From Octopus sinensis (taxonomy: Eukaryota), in the NCBI RefSeq assembly GCF_006345805.1, contig NC_043002.1, positions 1,612,001 through 1,676,000 of the forward strand: a stretch of 64,000 nt of DNA, in the 5' to 3' direction. Position numbers and translations under genes: made by a program. Each line of letters opens with the position of its first letter. Within the stretch, counting starts at the first letter, position 1. Below are positions 39,091-54,201 of this stretch, piece after piece. A model generated the notes under the pieces. The model saw nothing but the letters and a program-made list of their open reading frames with translations, was not told the DNA's origin and made no database searches.

Positions 39091-40043
39091 GTAAAATTCG
39101 TTGGAGGCAATAGGTGTGAAGTACCAGCTGACCACTTGGGTCGATGTAATCGACTTACCTCTCCTAGAAAAGACTATACTAATGCACCAATCTACACTTC
39201 CGCCTCATTATCCACATAAAATGTTATCCCCACCCACAAAGCTGGCACCGTTTGCTTCGTTTATTAGAGCGATCGATTTGAGTTCAATTTCAATTTACTA
39301 ACTTCAAACAAACAATGCAGGACTATAACAGCCACCTCTACATTTCGTCAGTAATTATCATAAGCTATCAACTAAAATGTTTAATCCACTCAATAGTTTG
39401 GTAAATCATTGACAATATTCATCTACAATTAATCTTCAAATATTTGGCTTTGTTTTAATTTTAAACGGAATAATTAGGATGAAATTTTAGTTGATATAAA
39501 TTTTAGTTTGACTCGATTTATGCTATATGATACCAAACAAAATGTCGAATGTCTGGACTCTAATCAGTTAAAGAGATAAATGTTATCAGTTCTCTTATGT
39601 TTGTCGACTGCTTCCATAGTAAAACTTTCAGTGCAAATAATGAAATATTTATAAGATTTCAAAATACTTATCATGTCTAGATAAAATTTATCTCTAAATT
39701 CTGTTTCCTCGTTTCGCTCGTAATTATTATCATTTTGTGAAATAAAATGAATTTATTTTTTCATAGTGATGTACATTTCTATTAATTTTATACACCCTAC
39801 TGTTAATTTAATTTAATTTCAATCTAGGAATATTCATGTACAGAAATTTCTAGACAAGTTTTTACCAATAGCAGCTTCAAGAATATCACAAGCGCAACAC
39901 AAAGAATTGTTTACAGACATTTAATATTTAAAAGAAAAAAACGTTCAACATAAATTTTTAATGTAGTTTTTTTTTTCTTTGCTTTCCCTAGTTATTTACT
40001 ATATTCCGAAAAAAAATCACTTCCAAAGTTTCAAAATTTGAGA

Positions 40044-40105
<62 letters not shown>

Positions 40106-40119
40106 CATTATTATTTTCT

Positions 40120-41160
40120 CTTAATCAACGGTTTTGTTGGAACTCCTGGAGTCTTGCATACATAGCGGGTTTACTACCTGCAGTCTACGGTACCATGCTG
40201 TTAGTTCTTTTCAGCTATCTATTACTTACCAGATTATTCTGGCCGTGTCAAGGAGGCAAAGCTTTTGTAACAGTTCTACTGGGAACTCTATTCCAATTTC
40301 CTTTATATTCCTCTTGCCAACAATAATTGGCACGATCTTCACCGTCTTCATTTTTCCATAGCCGAGCCATTTCGTATTTCAGAGAGTTGTATCTATCTAT
40401 ATTTTCGTCTTCCTTCGTGACCATTCGTGGGTGAAAGGGGTATGCAACATCAACTATATAGCATATGTGGTGCACCCTGGTCACGACCTCTAGGTTTAGT
40501 AGATTATGCCACAGTACCTGATTTGTTTGGATTGGGAAATCCTAGAGGATTTTGCTAGTCTCCGACTCTGCCACTCACTGCGGTTTGTGTTCATACCACG
40601 TCTTGCCTCTCTCTAGACCCCACTTTTCACATAGTTTCCAATGTAGCACTTTCCCTACCTGATCGTATTGCCACAACTTGTAGTGGCTTTGGGGAAGTCT
40701 AGGGCATTCGTTCGTGATATAGGCAATGGTTTCATCCACTCTATTGCAGATGCAGCACAGCAGAGACACTTGCTCGTTCCTCAGATTGACCCTCCATTTC
40801 GTGGTCCTTCGCTGACAGTATAGTTTTCTCGGTCTCTTTTTTCAGGGTTCCTTTCTTCAACCAATCTCACCTATTTTTCCAGCAATTTCTGTTGTGGATG
40901 CATGGAATTGATTGTGTAGTCCCTTCATGTGTAATTCTTCTTGATGTCCTTTTTGTACTTCTTCCTTTGTTTTCCCTTTTTTATTTCTACCCAATTCTCC
41001 CACTTTCGTGTCACAAGCAAGGTTTCCTTACTTTGTGTTAGGTATCCCTTTACGCTCTCGTGTCCGATAGGCAGTCTTCCACAATTATCAGTCCCCTTCC
41101 TCCATTTGCTCTTCTCATGCGTTGGCGATAAGAGGTTGCACGTGGATGATGGGCTCATGC
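40120..41160 (-). mobile_element. R4/Dong-like (RLE) LINE 3' fragment ending at (TAA)n
   Basis: CCICNRVDETIAYITNECP..DQVGKVLHWKLC..WYEHKP, then IVDVAYPF..KEDENIDRYNSLKYEMARLW. The 3' end abuts the TAA array at 40044-40113. Confidence 0.85.
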
Positions 41161-41233
41161 CTCGTTAGGAGCTAACTTGACTTCCTGTCCACCTGTAGCT
41201 CCTCCTCTGTCCACTTTAGGATTACAGCGCCAT

Positions 41234-41271
<38 letters not shown>

Positions 41272-41354
41272 GCATGCATACATGATATATATATATCAAT
41301 ATCTATCTATCTATAGACACAAATTATTTTCAAGATATATATGTGTGTGTTTAT

Positions 41355-41395
<41 letters not shown>

Positions 41396-41720
41396 AATGC
41401 AGCCACGGGGGTACATAAGGTAAGTATGCATAATCCTACACACACACACACTCATAGAAACACGCATAAATATATATGTGTGTGTATCTAAAGTTAAAAT
41501 CCAATACAATGATAATGCGCTCCCCTAGAGGGATGGGAAACATTCAATTTTTCACTGGTTCGGCGGTTTAATACCCAATTTAGCAAGAAAAACTTTTCCA
41601 CATTTCAAAGGGTTATATGTTCAATATACAAAAATGAAAAGAAAATGGAGATTTACGACTGTCATATTTTGATTTATTAACATAATATTATATTACTATT
41701 ATATTATAAATATATTATGA

Positions 41721-41796
41721 TCCTACAATTGTTTTGATTCAGACCCAATAATAAATTATAAAAATTCATGTTTATAGGTAAGAATCTCATCAGGGA
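41721..41796 (-). ncRNA. Hammerhead-like motif with long stem II, G12->A variant
   Basis: Minus strand: TCC-CTGATGA-GATTC...GAATC-AAAAC-AATT-GTA-GGA. Confidence 0.65.
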
Positions 41797-42377
41797 AACA
41801 TTAGACCAAAATTTCAAATGGGGATTTTTAGATCCTAAAACAGACTGAATTAAATATATTTATGTTTGTAAACCTGACCGTCAATAATTTCTAGAAAATA
41901 TATAATAAAAGTATATAATAAAAGCAAAAATAACAAATTATAAATAAATAATATCTAATATCACGGTCATAAAATATGTTTGCGTAGTTTTAAGAATATA
42001 AATCTAAGTATATTTCTGTGCATTATTTAAAATAAATAAAGAAAAAACAGAAGTAATAGGCTAAGAATTTATGGCGGAACAGGAAATATTTCATTTTATT
42101 ATTCTGTACTATTTGGAAAAATACATGTTATTCAGACAATTTATTGAGAAAAATTCTTTATTGTCACTCGTGTTATAAAATAAAAACAACACGCTATTAG
42201 TCATGGCTAAATAGAAAAAAAAAAAAGCTACTTTATCCTCATTAGGTCAGTATATATTAATATATTTAGGAAAATGTATACTGACATATATATGATGTAT
42301 GTCATGTGTATATATGTATAGGTGTGCATGTGTGTGTCTGTGTCTATATATATATAAATTTTTATATGTATGTGAAG

Positions 42378-42457
<80 letters not shown>

Positions 42458-42972
42458 ATGTACATATATGTATATGCGTGTATATCTATAATCTATATGT
42501 ATTTGAATTCATACACGTGTTACTTAACAGATTACTATATAGTTAAGGAATACAAATAAATAAATCGGTACGAAATCAAATAAATTAAAAGCTACATAAT
42601 GTTTTGGTAAATTTCTAACGTTATTGACGATAAATCAAGTACCAGCTGCGTACTGGGTCGATATAATCGGTGCCTCACCCCCAATAACTTTTGGGCCTTG
42701 TGCTTAGACTAGAAAATAATGTTTATTCTCCTTTATCACGTGTTCCACATTTTGATGTAATTGGATTTTGAAAAAAATATTTCATTGGGACTGACTGATT
42801 CATAAGTTTAAATTAGTATCTTCATAGGGATATTTGTAATAATTCAGTGTATTACTAACTAAAGATTTTATTATATTATATATAATATAATTGTCTAATG
42901 TAAGGTTATATGCAAATACTGTGATGTATTCATCTTAAGTATATAATTATATTGGTACATGAATAAAAGTTT

Positions 42973-43165
42973 CCCCCTAGCATTGCTTGACAACCGATGC
43001 TGGTGTGTTTATGTCCCCGTTACTTAGCGGTTCGGCAAAAGAGACCGATAGAATAAGTACTGGGTTTACAAAAGAATAAGTCCCGGGGTCGGGTTGCTCG
43101 ATTAAAAGCGGTGCTCCAGCATGGCCGCAGTCAAAATGACTGAAACAAGTAAAAGAGTAAAAGAG
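42973..43165 (+). mobile_element. SINE 3' portion (family 3) with a CR1-like tail and (GAGTAAAA)n end
   Basis: GCGGTGCTCCAGCATGGCCGCAGTCAAAATGACTGAAACAAGTAAAAGAGTAAAAGAG. Related pieces at ~20315-20405 (+), ~22385-22560 (-) and ~28920-29105 (-). Confidence 0.8.
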
Positions 43166-43985
43166 AATATTATTTTATTTTATCTTGAATAATTATAAGC
43201 CTTTAAATTAAATTTAATAATGTACAAATAACTTAATAGTAGACCCTATAGTAATTAAAAACATTTCTAATGTCATATTATGAATTTCCAGCTATTCTGT
43301 TTTTTCGAAAATACTTTTATAATAATTCTTAAATATGATTATATATGTTTAACATAAATTTTAAATAATAATACATATAGGAATATTTTATAGTATAGTA
43401 TAGGTAATAAATAATCGTAATTTATATAAAATTGTTTAATATCGGCGTACTTTTAAATTTTGATTGCATTTTTATATGTGTGATTATAAATAATGAATAC
43501 AGTGTAATTTATAATATTATTTAGTTTTAGCCAAGTGAGGATAAAGTATTTAAACAATTTTTTTCACTATTTTCCCATGATTAATAGTGGGTTGTTTTTG
43601 TTTTATAATACTAGTGAGAAGAAGGAATTTCCTGAATAAATTGTCTGAATAAAATGTAATTTTCCTAATAGTATGGAAGAATAAAAGGAAATATTTTCTA
43701 TTTCGCCATAAATTCTTAGCTTATTATTTCTCAGTTTTTTTCTTCAAACTAATGCACAGAAATATATTTAGATTAATATTCTTAAAAGTGCACAAACATA
43801 TTTTATGACTGTTATATTAGATTTTATTTATTTAATTTTTTATCTGTTTTAGCTTTTTTTAATTATATATTTTTTAGTACGTTTAAAAAAATTATTGACG
43901 CTCACGCTTACAAACGTAAGCATATTTAATTCAGTTTGTTTCAGGAGGATCTAAAAATCCTCATTTGTAATTTTAGTCAAATATT

Positions 43986-44063
43986 CCCCTGATGAGATTC
44001 TTACCCATGAAAAATAAGTTCTTATAAATTTATTATTGGGTCTGAATCAAAACAATTGTAGGA
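43986..44063 (+). ncRNA. Hammerhead-like motif with long stem II, G12->A variant
   Basis: CC-CTGATGA-GATTC-ttACCCA...TGGGT-ct-GAATC-AAAAC-AATT-GTA-GG. Confidence 0.65.
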
Positions 44064-44158
44064 TTATGATAGTTATATTATATTATAATAATGATATGAT
44101 ACTAAGTTAATAAATTAAAATATGTCAGTCGTAAATCTCCATTTTCTTTTCGTTTAAG

Positions 44159-44196
<38 letters not shown>

Positions 44197-44577
44197 ATAA
44201 TTCTTTAACGAGAATGGTAATGACAGTGACTTCGAAGTTTTAACTTGTAAAGCCGTCTTCAAACAGTCCGATGATGGCTTAGCAGGCATCGCATAATGTT
44301 AGTATAGTCGTGACTTACCATGACGAGTCTTGTTATCAGTTATTGGAACTCTTCATGTCCGGTATATATAATCTGCGACTGCGAAGTTATGTACACCAAC
44401 AGATATTCTCTTATCTGGCCACTCAAAGATTCCAGTGAAGCTGACATAAGAAAGCTCACAGATTCTCACTCATTGGTGCCACATTTTTCGTGGATGATTG
44501 TGTAAAATAAGGATCTTCTTTTATCATTATTAAGTAATGTGTATGGATAGAACACATACGTTGATATATGTATACGT

Positions 44578-44642
<65 letters not shown>

Positions 44643-46038
44643 GAAACATACACATGTACCCATGTATGTGTGTGTGTGTTTGTGTGTGTGCGCGCGTCTG
44701 TGTGTGTGTGTATCACTATTTCGACTAGACTATTGGATATTATTTCTACAACGCCGGTCACAATACGCTTCGTGGCATTGTTGTAGGTTCCGAATGCTAC
44801 CAGCCCAATGACCAGGAAAGCAGACAAGCATGACTCCAGTCCATGGCAGTGGTGTCCATTCACAGCGGAGTTATCTGCAGCAACGGGAAATGAAATGTTC
44901 TTTCCTCAGAAACACAATGTACCACCCATCTACGAATCAAAACTCCCATCTTGCGATCGTGGGTGTAACTCCCAAGCAATAATCTGCGCTCATCAAAACT
45001 TCTGATTATATCGGGAAACCATATTGTCATTTGTAAACTTAAATGCTCGAAGTTTTGGTACATTGCAGGCAGGATATAAAAGACAACGCTCGACTGCAAC
45101 CCCGGAGCGGCAGTCAATGCGTGACTTGTGTCTGTTCCAGATATGTTTTATATTCTTAGCTATAAATACTTTTTAAAATTATAAAACGACTATTGAAATA
45201 GAATAAATTTATATATATATATATATTAGTCAGAAGGGAAAGTTATTCCTCTGACAGTTTACAGGACCTCAGAGAAATCTGAGGATAAGAGAGTAAGTTG
45301 TTCGCAAACTGGAGATCTGGCAGTGAACCCCGCTAAAAGGATCCTATATGCCAGGTGGGAGTGTTAATCTGTGTAACGGATTAAGTGTTTTCCTTAAGTG
45401 GACCATGATGAGGATTAAATATAGTGATGCCAAAAGCATGCAAATCAAGTTGAATTCAGACTGAAGACAGTTGGAAAAAATACAGATCGTTAACTCTACA
45501 AGAGTCGGCCGCTCAGCAGAATAAATAAACCTTTCTATCATAGACAAAAATTCTGACGTTTTGGAGGAGGAGGAGGAGGAAGGAGAATCAAGTTGATTTC
45601 ATCGAACCCAGTACTTGACTGGTCCTTATTTTATCGACCAAGCGCAAGCAATTACGAAATGCCTCTAAGCATTTTGCCCTGCGTGCGAACGACTCAGCCA
45701 GCTCGTCGCCTTCCCAGCGGAATGAGTAATAGCATATCATTCGTAGCAAGAAATACAACTCATTCTGAAACATAAAATAAACAAAGACATTTCTCTCTAT
45801 ATTTGAATTCTAAATTCTGTTAACCATAATTAAGATATTACTTTATCAATCAAAAGAAACATTGTACAGCACACTTAAGCTTGCTTCACTCGTAACTAAT
45901 GGAAATTTGCCAACTTGAAAGACGCATTCACCGGCGAAAAACACTTTTCAATATTTATACATATGTGTATGTTTGTTTGCACACATGTACGTGTATGCAT
46001 ATATAATGATTCATATTACACACACACACACACACACG

Positions 46039-46108
<70 letters not shown>

Positions 46109-47099
46109 TGTGAGTGAGAGAGAGATTCACATACGTACGTATATATATATATATATATATATGAAGGTAGGTATGTATATACTTGTGTGTATAAACATAT
46201 ATGTACGTATGTGCATATCTCTATCTAAATATATGGGTTGGGTGGGGGGGGGTATGACCTTTATGTTATAAGAACAACTCAACTTAATTTCCATTAATTT
46301 TACTTCTTTACTCGGTGTTTTCATTTTAACCTTTCAAAGTTAAAAGTGAATTCTGAATTTTGTACTTTAAATCCGATTTTTATAATTTTATCTCGATTTC
46401 TGTGAAACGTTTGTTGTCAATTGGAGAAGAAGGAGTACACAGGTGTTATTTCTATATTTGGTTAAATTTATTTTCTTCTAACTGAAAGAAAATAGTTTAA
46501 TAGCAAGAGTTCTTTTGTGGAAATTATAAAATGTACACAGACGTATTTGCCATCAAGATAATATTATAAATTATTTAGAAGCACTTGATGTATGTATGTC
46601 ATAGCCCAATAGAGGTTATTATCTGCTTTATATCTTATCACTTTTACAATTTTGTATCAAACTCATGGGTAGATTACAATAAAATTATTTAAATATTCAA
46701 GAAATCAGTTTTGTCTTTTGAAGATATAATTTTGCTTTTAGTCGGTTTGCGACTCAGAGCACTCTGATATGAAATAACGCATTCCTCCAGAGGCGAAATA
46801 AACTTGAATAAACCTATCGATAACCGTATTTTTCTTATTGATTTCTTAACTTAACTTGAAATTGATTTTGGAGAATATTTTATAAGATACTAGCATGGTA
46901 TCTACAAAACATGGCGTATAAACATATTTTTCATAATAATTTTAAGTTTTTGCTGCTTAAGGGGTCTTCCATTAATCGTGAAAAAGGGAGTGGATTAAAA
47001 CTATTTAGTATTTATCATTCCAATCCTCTTGACAAGAAAACTATAATTAAACTCATTTATAACGTTTCGGTCCTGTGTGACTCCAAGAAACCCTCAGTA

Positions 47100-47450
47100 A
47101 TGCTCTCATGTACCCATTTCAACGGCGATGTATGCTTGTCAGCTACGGAAAAGAACAATAAGTCTATGCAACAAGCTAAATGTTTTTCGTGGTTATACAT
47201 CTGCGAAAGAGAGATTGTATTACCAAAAAAAGATTGATAAGGAGAGCGATCCATGAGGGCCCTGTGGACATCATCAGTAGCAGAAGATTTTAGGGAAAAT
47301 TCAGTGTATGATAGTATAGACCAGGCTATATTGCCTGGGCTGGATTTTGAAGGGAGGAAGGAGAATGGGAGATGTAGGACCTTCATGGAAGATTTTCAGA
47401 AAATGGGCGTCACATGGAATGGTAAAGAAAAACAGAAAATGACAGAAATA
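47100..47450 (+). mobile_element. Highly degenerate RTE-like LINE 3' fragment
   Basis: ...ISNEE-like region, then QAILPGLDFEGRKENGRCRTFMEDFQKMGVTW, resembling the RTE G.R.RGRP..TW motif. Confidence 0.5.
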
Positions 47451-49952
47451 AAGGCAGACAATTTGTCGTTGGAAGTCCAACAAGTAACGGAAAGAAATAG
47501 AAAGATGAATAACATAGGAGATGCTTAAACACAAGTGTTTTTCTCTGCTGGTGTACTTATGTAAGCATTTGAAAAAAATATAGAAACGTGTTTCCGTAAC
47601 CTCAGAATTGATTTCTATTATTAGTGGTTAAGAGGTTAATATCCAATAATATACGTAAACATACCTAGTAAAATTATTTCAAAAATGTTATTTCCTTACT
47701 ATCGGAAAGCGAACTTGAAACATATAATAAAAAGATATAGTGTATAGTAATAAAAAAATGTTTATAGTCTCCTTCCGAAGATCACATGACCAACTTTATG
47801 AAATATATTCATGTTGCTGTTCATGAAAATAAATAAATATATAAATAAATAACAGCAACAAAAACAGCAACAACAATAACTATCATAGTGCATATATATC
47901 TGTATGCGCATGGACATGTCTCTGAGTGTCTCATCTCTGATATTTCCCAAAAAGTTTTATACTTCCTGCTTATAGCTTCAAAATCCGAAACAAATCTAAA
48001 TTGAAAAATAACTCACATCAAATTGTAGAACTGAATTGCTGTATGCTATTTCTAAATTTTTATCAAATTTATCTCAGCTATTTTCTAATTTTGTTATTTT
48101 TGTTGTTTTTAACTAATGAGTTTTACTAATGTATGAATATGAAATATTAAATATGATTAGTAATTTATGAAGAATTTTAAAGACCTCTTTTATTCTAATT
48201 ACTTTCTGTTTATGTATTAAAGCAAATAGTTGTATGCGAAACAAAGTCATTATATGATCGGAGGTTTGAAATTATTCATTATTTGAAGTCATATTTTTTT
48301 AACTACATGAAAGTGAATACATCCGTTTATATGTTGTTTATTTACAGATTCAAATTACATAAATGGATATTTCAATGAAAAGTTTTAATAAATGACAACA
48401 AATTCACAACAATTTAACTTAATCTTAACCGCTATTATTGGATTTTTATCACGCAAGCGGGCCCTCGTTTTATAGATTTCTAGTCGTGGTAATGGGGTGA
48501 AGTCTTGGCTAATCTTCAGAGATATAACTAGTTGTGCGATTGGTAATATTGTTGGAAGAGTAACCACTAGTGCCTGCTGCTAGTGTTGTCAGTCCTGCTA
48601 CCAGTCACCGTCCTCTCTACCTCGGATTAGAAACTTTCAACTGTGCTCTTGTGCAATCTGTTTAGATTTTTATTACTATTAATCCCCTATCCGATGTCAT
48701 TTCTAATCACCTCTCTCCTCACTATCCACCTTAAAAAGGTAACAATGAACCAGAGCTTAATGTCGTTGACAAGGTCCATGATTGTGGACCTGGTATTCTG
48801 CATGGATACGCGTGTATCGTACTAACTCGGTGTGTTGCCTAAAGGTCGGTTTGAAATATCAGGTAGATTCTTTCGTAAATCCTTTGTCGATTAGTGGAAA
48901 ACCCACACACCTTTTCTGCTCTTTTAAGAGCACACAAAGCGATCTCCGGTATTTATGTTATTTTCCCCTTTGCTTACTATAACTGGACAAATTCCTCAGG
49001 CAAGGATTTGCATATTGTGACGCACCGTTGTTACCTCTTCAGTCTGCATTCGTTCCATTTCCAATTCCGACCAGACTGAGCGAAACTGCTTCCATTGCCA
49101 TCGACATCATTTGCATTAATTTCGTTCGCTAAGATATAGGTGTGATAGTATTATTGCTGCCACCAAAGCTGCCACTAGAATTGCTCACTATGTTCAACAA
49201 TGTCTTTTACTTGAAGCAGAAAAGCACAAAAATCGATTCTTCAATCCTTACACTTCAATTATGGTTCACAATAGTTTCGATTTCATGCCACAATCCTGCT
49301 TATATCAGTTTATAGATCCTTGTTTTCCCCAACTAAGGTCAATCAAGGAACCTACGAAGCAAAGTCACCTTCACAACCAATGCCAAGTGACCATTCCCAT
49401 CTCTTGTGCTCCGATCGGCATATAAACTTTATATAGACCATAAGTTGCCGAACGATGGTTCAAAGATGTGTCGGGATCGTATCTTTCTTGTACAATCCTC
49501 CTATATAAATACGATTCGATTGTAACAAGAGCTTCGATCTTGCTAACACACAGCATTGATTATCTTCTACTTCTACACAATTCACATTATTAAAGTCAGT
49601 TTAAATAGAAAATAGACCACGTCATCCTAGCAGCAAAATATGCTTCTTTATAGACAGTACAATTATTATTCACTTACATGTCACTCAGAGTCAGAACCCG
49701 TCCCTTTCTCAGTCAGTAAATCATATTTTCTTCCTTCTTTCTATGGTTAGCTCAACTTGTTCGCAGTTCGTCTCGCAGTCGCAAAGGAAAATGTTTTGCT
49801 TGTCGCATGAATTATTCGCTTTCCGCTTGGGTAAACTTAGATAGTGTTACTTCATTTTGTTTATTTATGACCAACAGTTTCCAATCGGTCTTGTTCTGCC
49901 TGCTCTTCACGCTGTAAGGTGATGGTGATTTATTTTACTATTTTACTTATTA

Positions 49953-50185
49953 AAGGCGGCGAGCTGGCAGAAACGTTAGCACGCCGGGCGAAATGCGTAG
50001 CCGTATTTCGTCTGTCATTACGTTCTGAGTTCAAATTCCGCCGAGGTCGACTTTGCCTTTCATCCTTTCGGGGTCGATAAATTAAGTACCAGTTACGCAC
50101 TGGGGTCGATGTAATCGATTTATTCCGTTTGTCTGTCCTTGTTTGTTCCCTCTGTGTTTAGCCCCTTGTGGGTGGTAAAGAAATA
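49953..50185 (+). mobile_element. Young full-length family-1 SINE with an 18-bp flanking duplication
   Basis: GGTGATTTATTTTACTAT at 49924-49941 and 50186-50203. A and B boxes intact. Confidence 0.92.
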
Positions 50186-50422
50186 GGTGATTTATTTTAC
50201 TATCGTCGGACTTGCCAACAACAGTGAGGCTTGGTGTCTGTTAAGATCAATTTGCACGACCGACAGTTGTTGCTGTTGGTGTGCTCTGGCTCCGGTTCTT
50301 TCCTTAGTGCAGCTCCGTCGGACAGAAAACCATCTAATTTCGCACGTATACCAGGTGAGCTTTTCCTCTTGCTCAAACTGTTTCACTGGCTTTCTCACTC
50401 ACTGCTTGTCTGTCGGTTTCTT

Positions 50423-50483
<61 letters not shown>

Positions 50484-51319
50484 TCATAACGGATATCAGC
50501 TTCAGGATCGTTCCGTATTATTCAAGTAACACCAGCATCCGTACGTCTATGTAGACCCAACGTGTCTATACAAGTAGCCATGTTATGCATGTCATCCGGC
50601 ATTTATCACTACGTATTCGATTACAATACTGAGGACAAGCTAAAGGTAAACACCACCAGCCTTATGTTTCTTTGCCCAGACCTGTATTCCGAGGAAGGAC
50701 AGTAGCTGCAGCCATAGTATTATTAGTGCTTACTGCTGTCTCCCTTGGTTGTTGGGTGGAGCGGCTACAGGAGTAGCACCAGTAAAAGTCAGGGTTACCT
50801 GAGGCTTATAACAGTCTATAAACTAGCTAGCAGTAGTACAGTTGACTTCTGGCAGCTTTCCTTCTATAACGTAGCAGTACTTGTAGTGGTAGTTGCAGTA
50901 CTGCGGATGGTGGTTGTTGTTGCTTCCCTTTCTTTGCTATAGAACTTCACAAGTTGATTTGCATTTGATAATGGCGAACATTTCTTTGTTTATACGTTGG
51001 CATTGAGTTGAATTATTACCAAATTTGCAAAGAAGAAAACTCGTAAATTTAGATTGTTTCTTACCTGCACACGTATCTATAGGTTCATTGAGTTCTATTT
51101 TTCTAAATACCCGTATTTTAATTGGCGATCGATGTAGGGTAATTCGTTGACATAAGGCGATTTTTACTGGTCGAATGTAATCTTGCCCACATTCTGAGCT
51201 TGTTATTACTTTGATTAGATTCTTAGATGCACCGGTGAAGTTATTTTTTATTGTAAAGGATTATCCTTGTTTCAACTTGAACTCTTTCAGATTAAAACGA
51301 CTCCTCTGTCAGATTAAAA

Positions 51320-51358
<39 letters not shown>

Positions 51359-51529
51359 TAGATAGATAGATACATACATACATATATATATATGTATACA
51401 CATATATATAGATATATGTGTGTGTGTATGTATGTATGTAGAAGCAGGCACAGACACACAGAGACACACATATACATACATATATACATATATCTATGTA
51501 TATATGTATATCTCTCTCTCTCCCTACAT

Positions 51530-51565
<36 letters not shown>

Positions 51566-52803
51566 CACATTTATATATAGATAGATAGCTAATACATACA
51601 TATACATACATATATACATATTGTGCACATTTAAACTTCCACTCACTTCCCAGTATCAGGTTGGAGTTCAGCTGCAATGTCTCCAGTTACACGAGACGGT
51701 CTTTATACTTCAAGAATATAAATATTCGTCTTTGTATTTGTTTTGCTATGTCAATTATGTAATCTAGAAACGGGCTTCTCAGAAATGTAGTTTTATGGCT
51801 GGAGGCGGTTTACTTATCTTCTGTTCAACTACATGTTAGAATTTCACGTGCAAGCTGTGATAATAAGCGAGCACGAATTAACCGCTGAAACGAATAACTA
51901 TAAACATTGTTTACAAGGAAACATTATACTAATAAATGATTTACTGTTTGTTTTGCCTGAAATATGACCTCATATGTTACACAGATGTTTCTGTAATCTT
52001 GAAAGGACCTAGATTATGGCAGGGGTTTATTTCTACAGAAGTTGACAAATATCTTTTATGATCATTTACTGTAAGATGTTCCAATTTACGAAAATGGCAG
52101 CAACTCCCTATACTTATTTATGCTTATTTCTATATATTTAGATTATTTATGAATCCTAAATTTCATGAATTTCTGCAGCTACTAATTTGATTTTCCGACA
52201 ACAAAACTAAATGCGTTTCTCATGACAGCAATCCATAATTAGAAGTTAAGAAACGAGATGAAGTCTGTGTTAATTATATGTTCCTTATACCAGACACCAT
52301 CATTATTTTATTATTATTTTTTTGTAATGAGGTGTATCCATACACAGAGACGATCAGGCACCAGGAGAACAATAGTGAACCATCGAATGTTAAAGAGTTA
52401 TCCTTTATAACTCAAGCATTCTTGCTACGTTTTATCTCAAATTTCATATCAAGAATTATTTCATTCTTTCGATTAATGGTAATACATCTTGCCGCATTTG
52501 CTACTGATTATAATGGTCACAGGATTTTTTTTGTGTGAGCTTAACGAATAAAATTCAGGACCAATATTCCACAAACACCAGTCAGTTCAAACTTTATTAT
52601 TATTAACATTTGAAAAATGTTTATTTGAGACATTGCGTAAAAAATTATCATGAGGTTAGATGAGGCATCGCACACATATTACTTTGCTTGTATGTATGCA
52701 TTTATGCATATAGTATATCTGTCTGTGACCAAAGATTGGCTCAGGCCATGTTTAACTTAACAGCACCACGTGATATATATATATATGATATATATATAAT
52801 ATA

Positions 52804-52844
<41 letters not shown>

Positions 52845-54149
52845 GAGTAAATAATTTCTTTAATGGTTATTGCAAATGTGAATTACAGGGATATGTCGTA
52901 TGTGGAGTCTATGACTGCTATTTCTAATTTTTTCGGTATGCGGCCAAGCAACCTGTTGCCTGCCCCTTTTATTTATATACAATGTATATATATATATATA
53001 TAATATATATATATATATTATATATATATATATATATCAATATGGAGTAAATAATTCAGGAGAAAATAATTGCGAAGCTGTTATTGACTCTGTTATGATC
53101 TAGTGTAACAATTATTAACAATTAAAAATGATAATAACATAATCAATAATATAGTCACATACATCCCCCCTTCCCCACAAAAAGCCTTAATAGCTGAGGG
53201 ATTAAAATTAATCAAGGGACTTACTAAGTATGTCTATCTGCTGGAAATAGGAATTTTGACTGTTATTTCCAGCAAGTAGACTTAGTATGTCTTTGATTAA
53301 TTTTAATCCTTCAACTATTTAAAAAAAAAATTTAGATATGTTTCGACCATAGATTGTGCAGGCCATGTTTATATAAATCCCCAAAATTGTAGAACATAAC
53401 AGATGGCAATAAAACATTCGGACGAATAGCGGCTACAAAAATGGACAAGACCTTCTCGCTTCAGTCAAGTTTTCCAGATTATCCTTACAGTTTCGGCCAG
53501 TTACACTTGAGGCTGTTCAAATATGGATGTCCCCAAACATCTAAGCTAACTGCATTAAATATTTGGAAGAAAGCAAGCGAATGTGTACGACAACAAAGAA
53601 AAAAAAACGAAAAACACAAACAAACGGGGAAAGTGAATGTTGCACAATTACAAATACAAGCAACAAGAAAATAATAAGAGGTGTATTTCTAGTAACAGGG
53701 ACGAATGAAGTTGAGTTGGCAAGTGTAGAGTGAAAGCCTTGAGACGGGAACATAGGACATGAACATAAGAGATGAAAGTCCTGAGACAGGAATATAAAAG
53801 ATGCTGCGCGGCCGGCAGTCAAGCCATGAAAGAAAGACCATGCTTGGCCGAACACCGGTCACGTGGAAGGAAAGGAGAGAGGCAAGGGCATAGGGATTGG
53901 AGAATTAGGAGAACGAGAAGGAAAGAAAGAAAATCGAAGGGGCATGGAGAAGGTACAAGGGAGATAAACGAGAGAAGTGGGTAGATTAAAGAAAGAGAAA
54001 GCCAAGAAATATGAGAGAGGGGAGAGAAAAAGGAAAGAGGAAAGAAAGAAGAAGGTATGAAGGGGACTAAAAGAATGGGTAAAAAAGTCGTACAGAATTT
54101 AAATACTTACACCGACACACACCCACATCTACATACATATATATATATA

Positions 54150-54201
<52 letters not shown>

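Larger units (their letters stand above)
41633..44157. mobile_element. Inverted pair of ~610-bp AT-rich PLE pLTR-like arms (41633-42246 and 43521-44157), each with a hammerhead motif
   Basis: GAAAATGGAGATTTACGACTG (41641) is the reverse complement of CAGTCGTAAATCTCCATTTTC (~44126). Collinear complementarity continues to CTTTATCCTCA/TGAGGATAAAG. Confidence 0.75.

Noticed and set aside
41500-44160. Very AT-rich stretch initially suggesting a mitochondrial insertion (NUMT)
   Set aside because: No recognisable mitochondrial gene or rRNA motifs; better explained as inverted hammerhead-bearing repeat arms.
48400-49700. Possible decayed LTR-retrotransposon gag region
   Set aside because: No diagnostic motifs, LTR pair or PBS could be established by eye.
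50204-50360. Possible non-coding exon ending in CAG|GTGAGC
   Set aside because: A single donor-like motif without transcript evidence.
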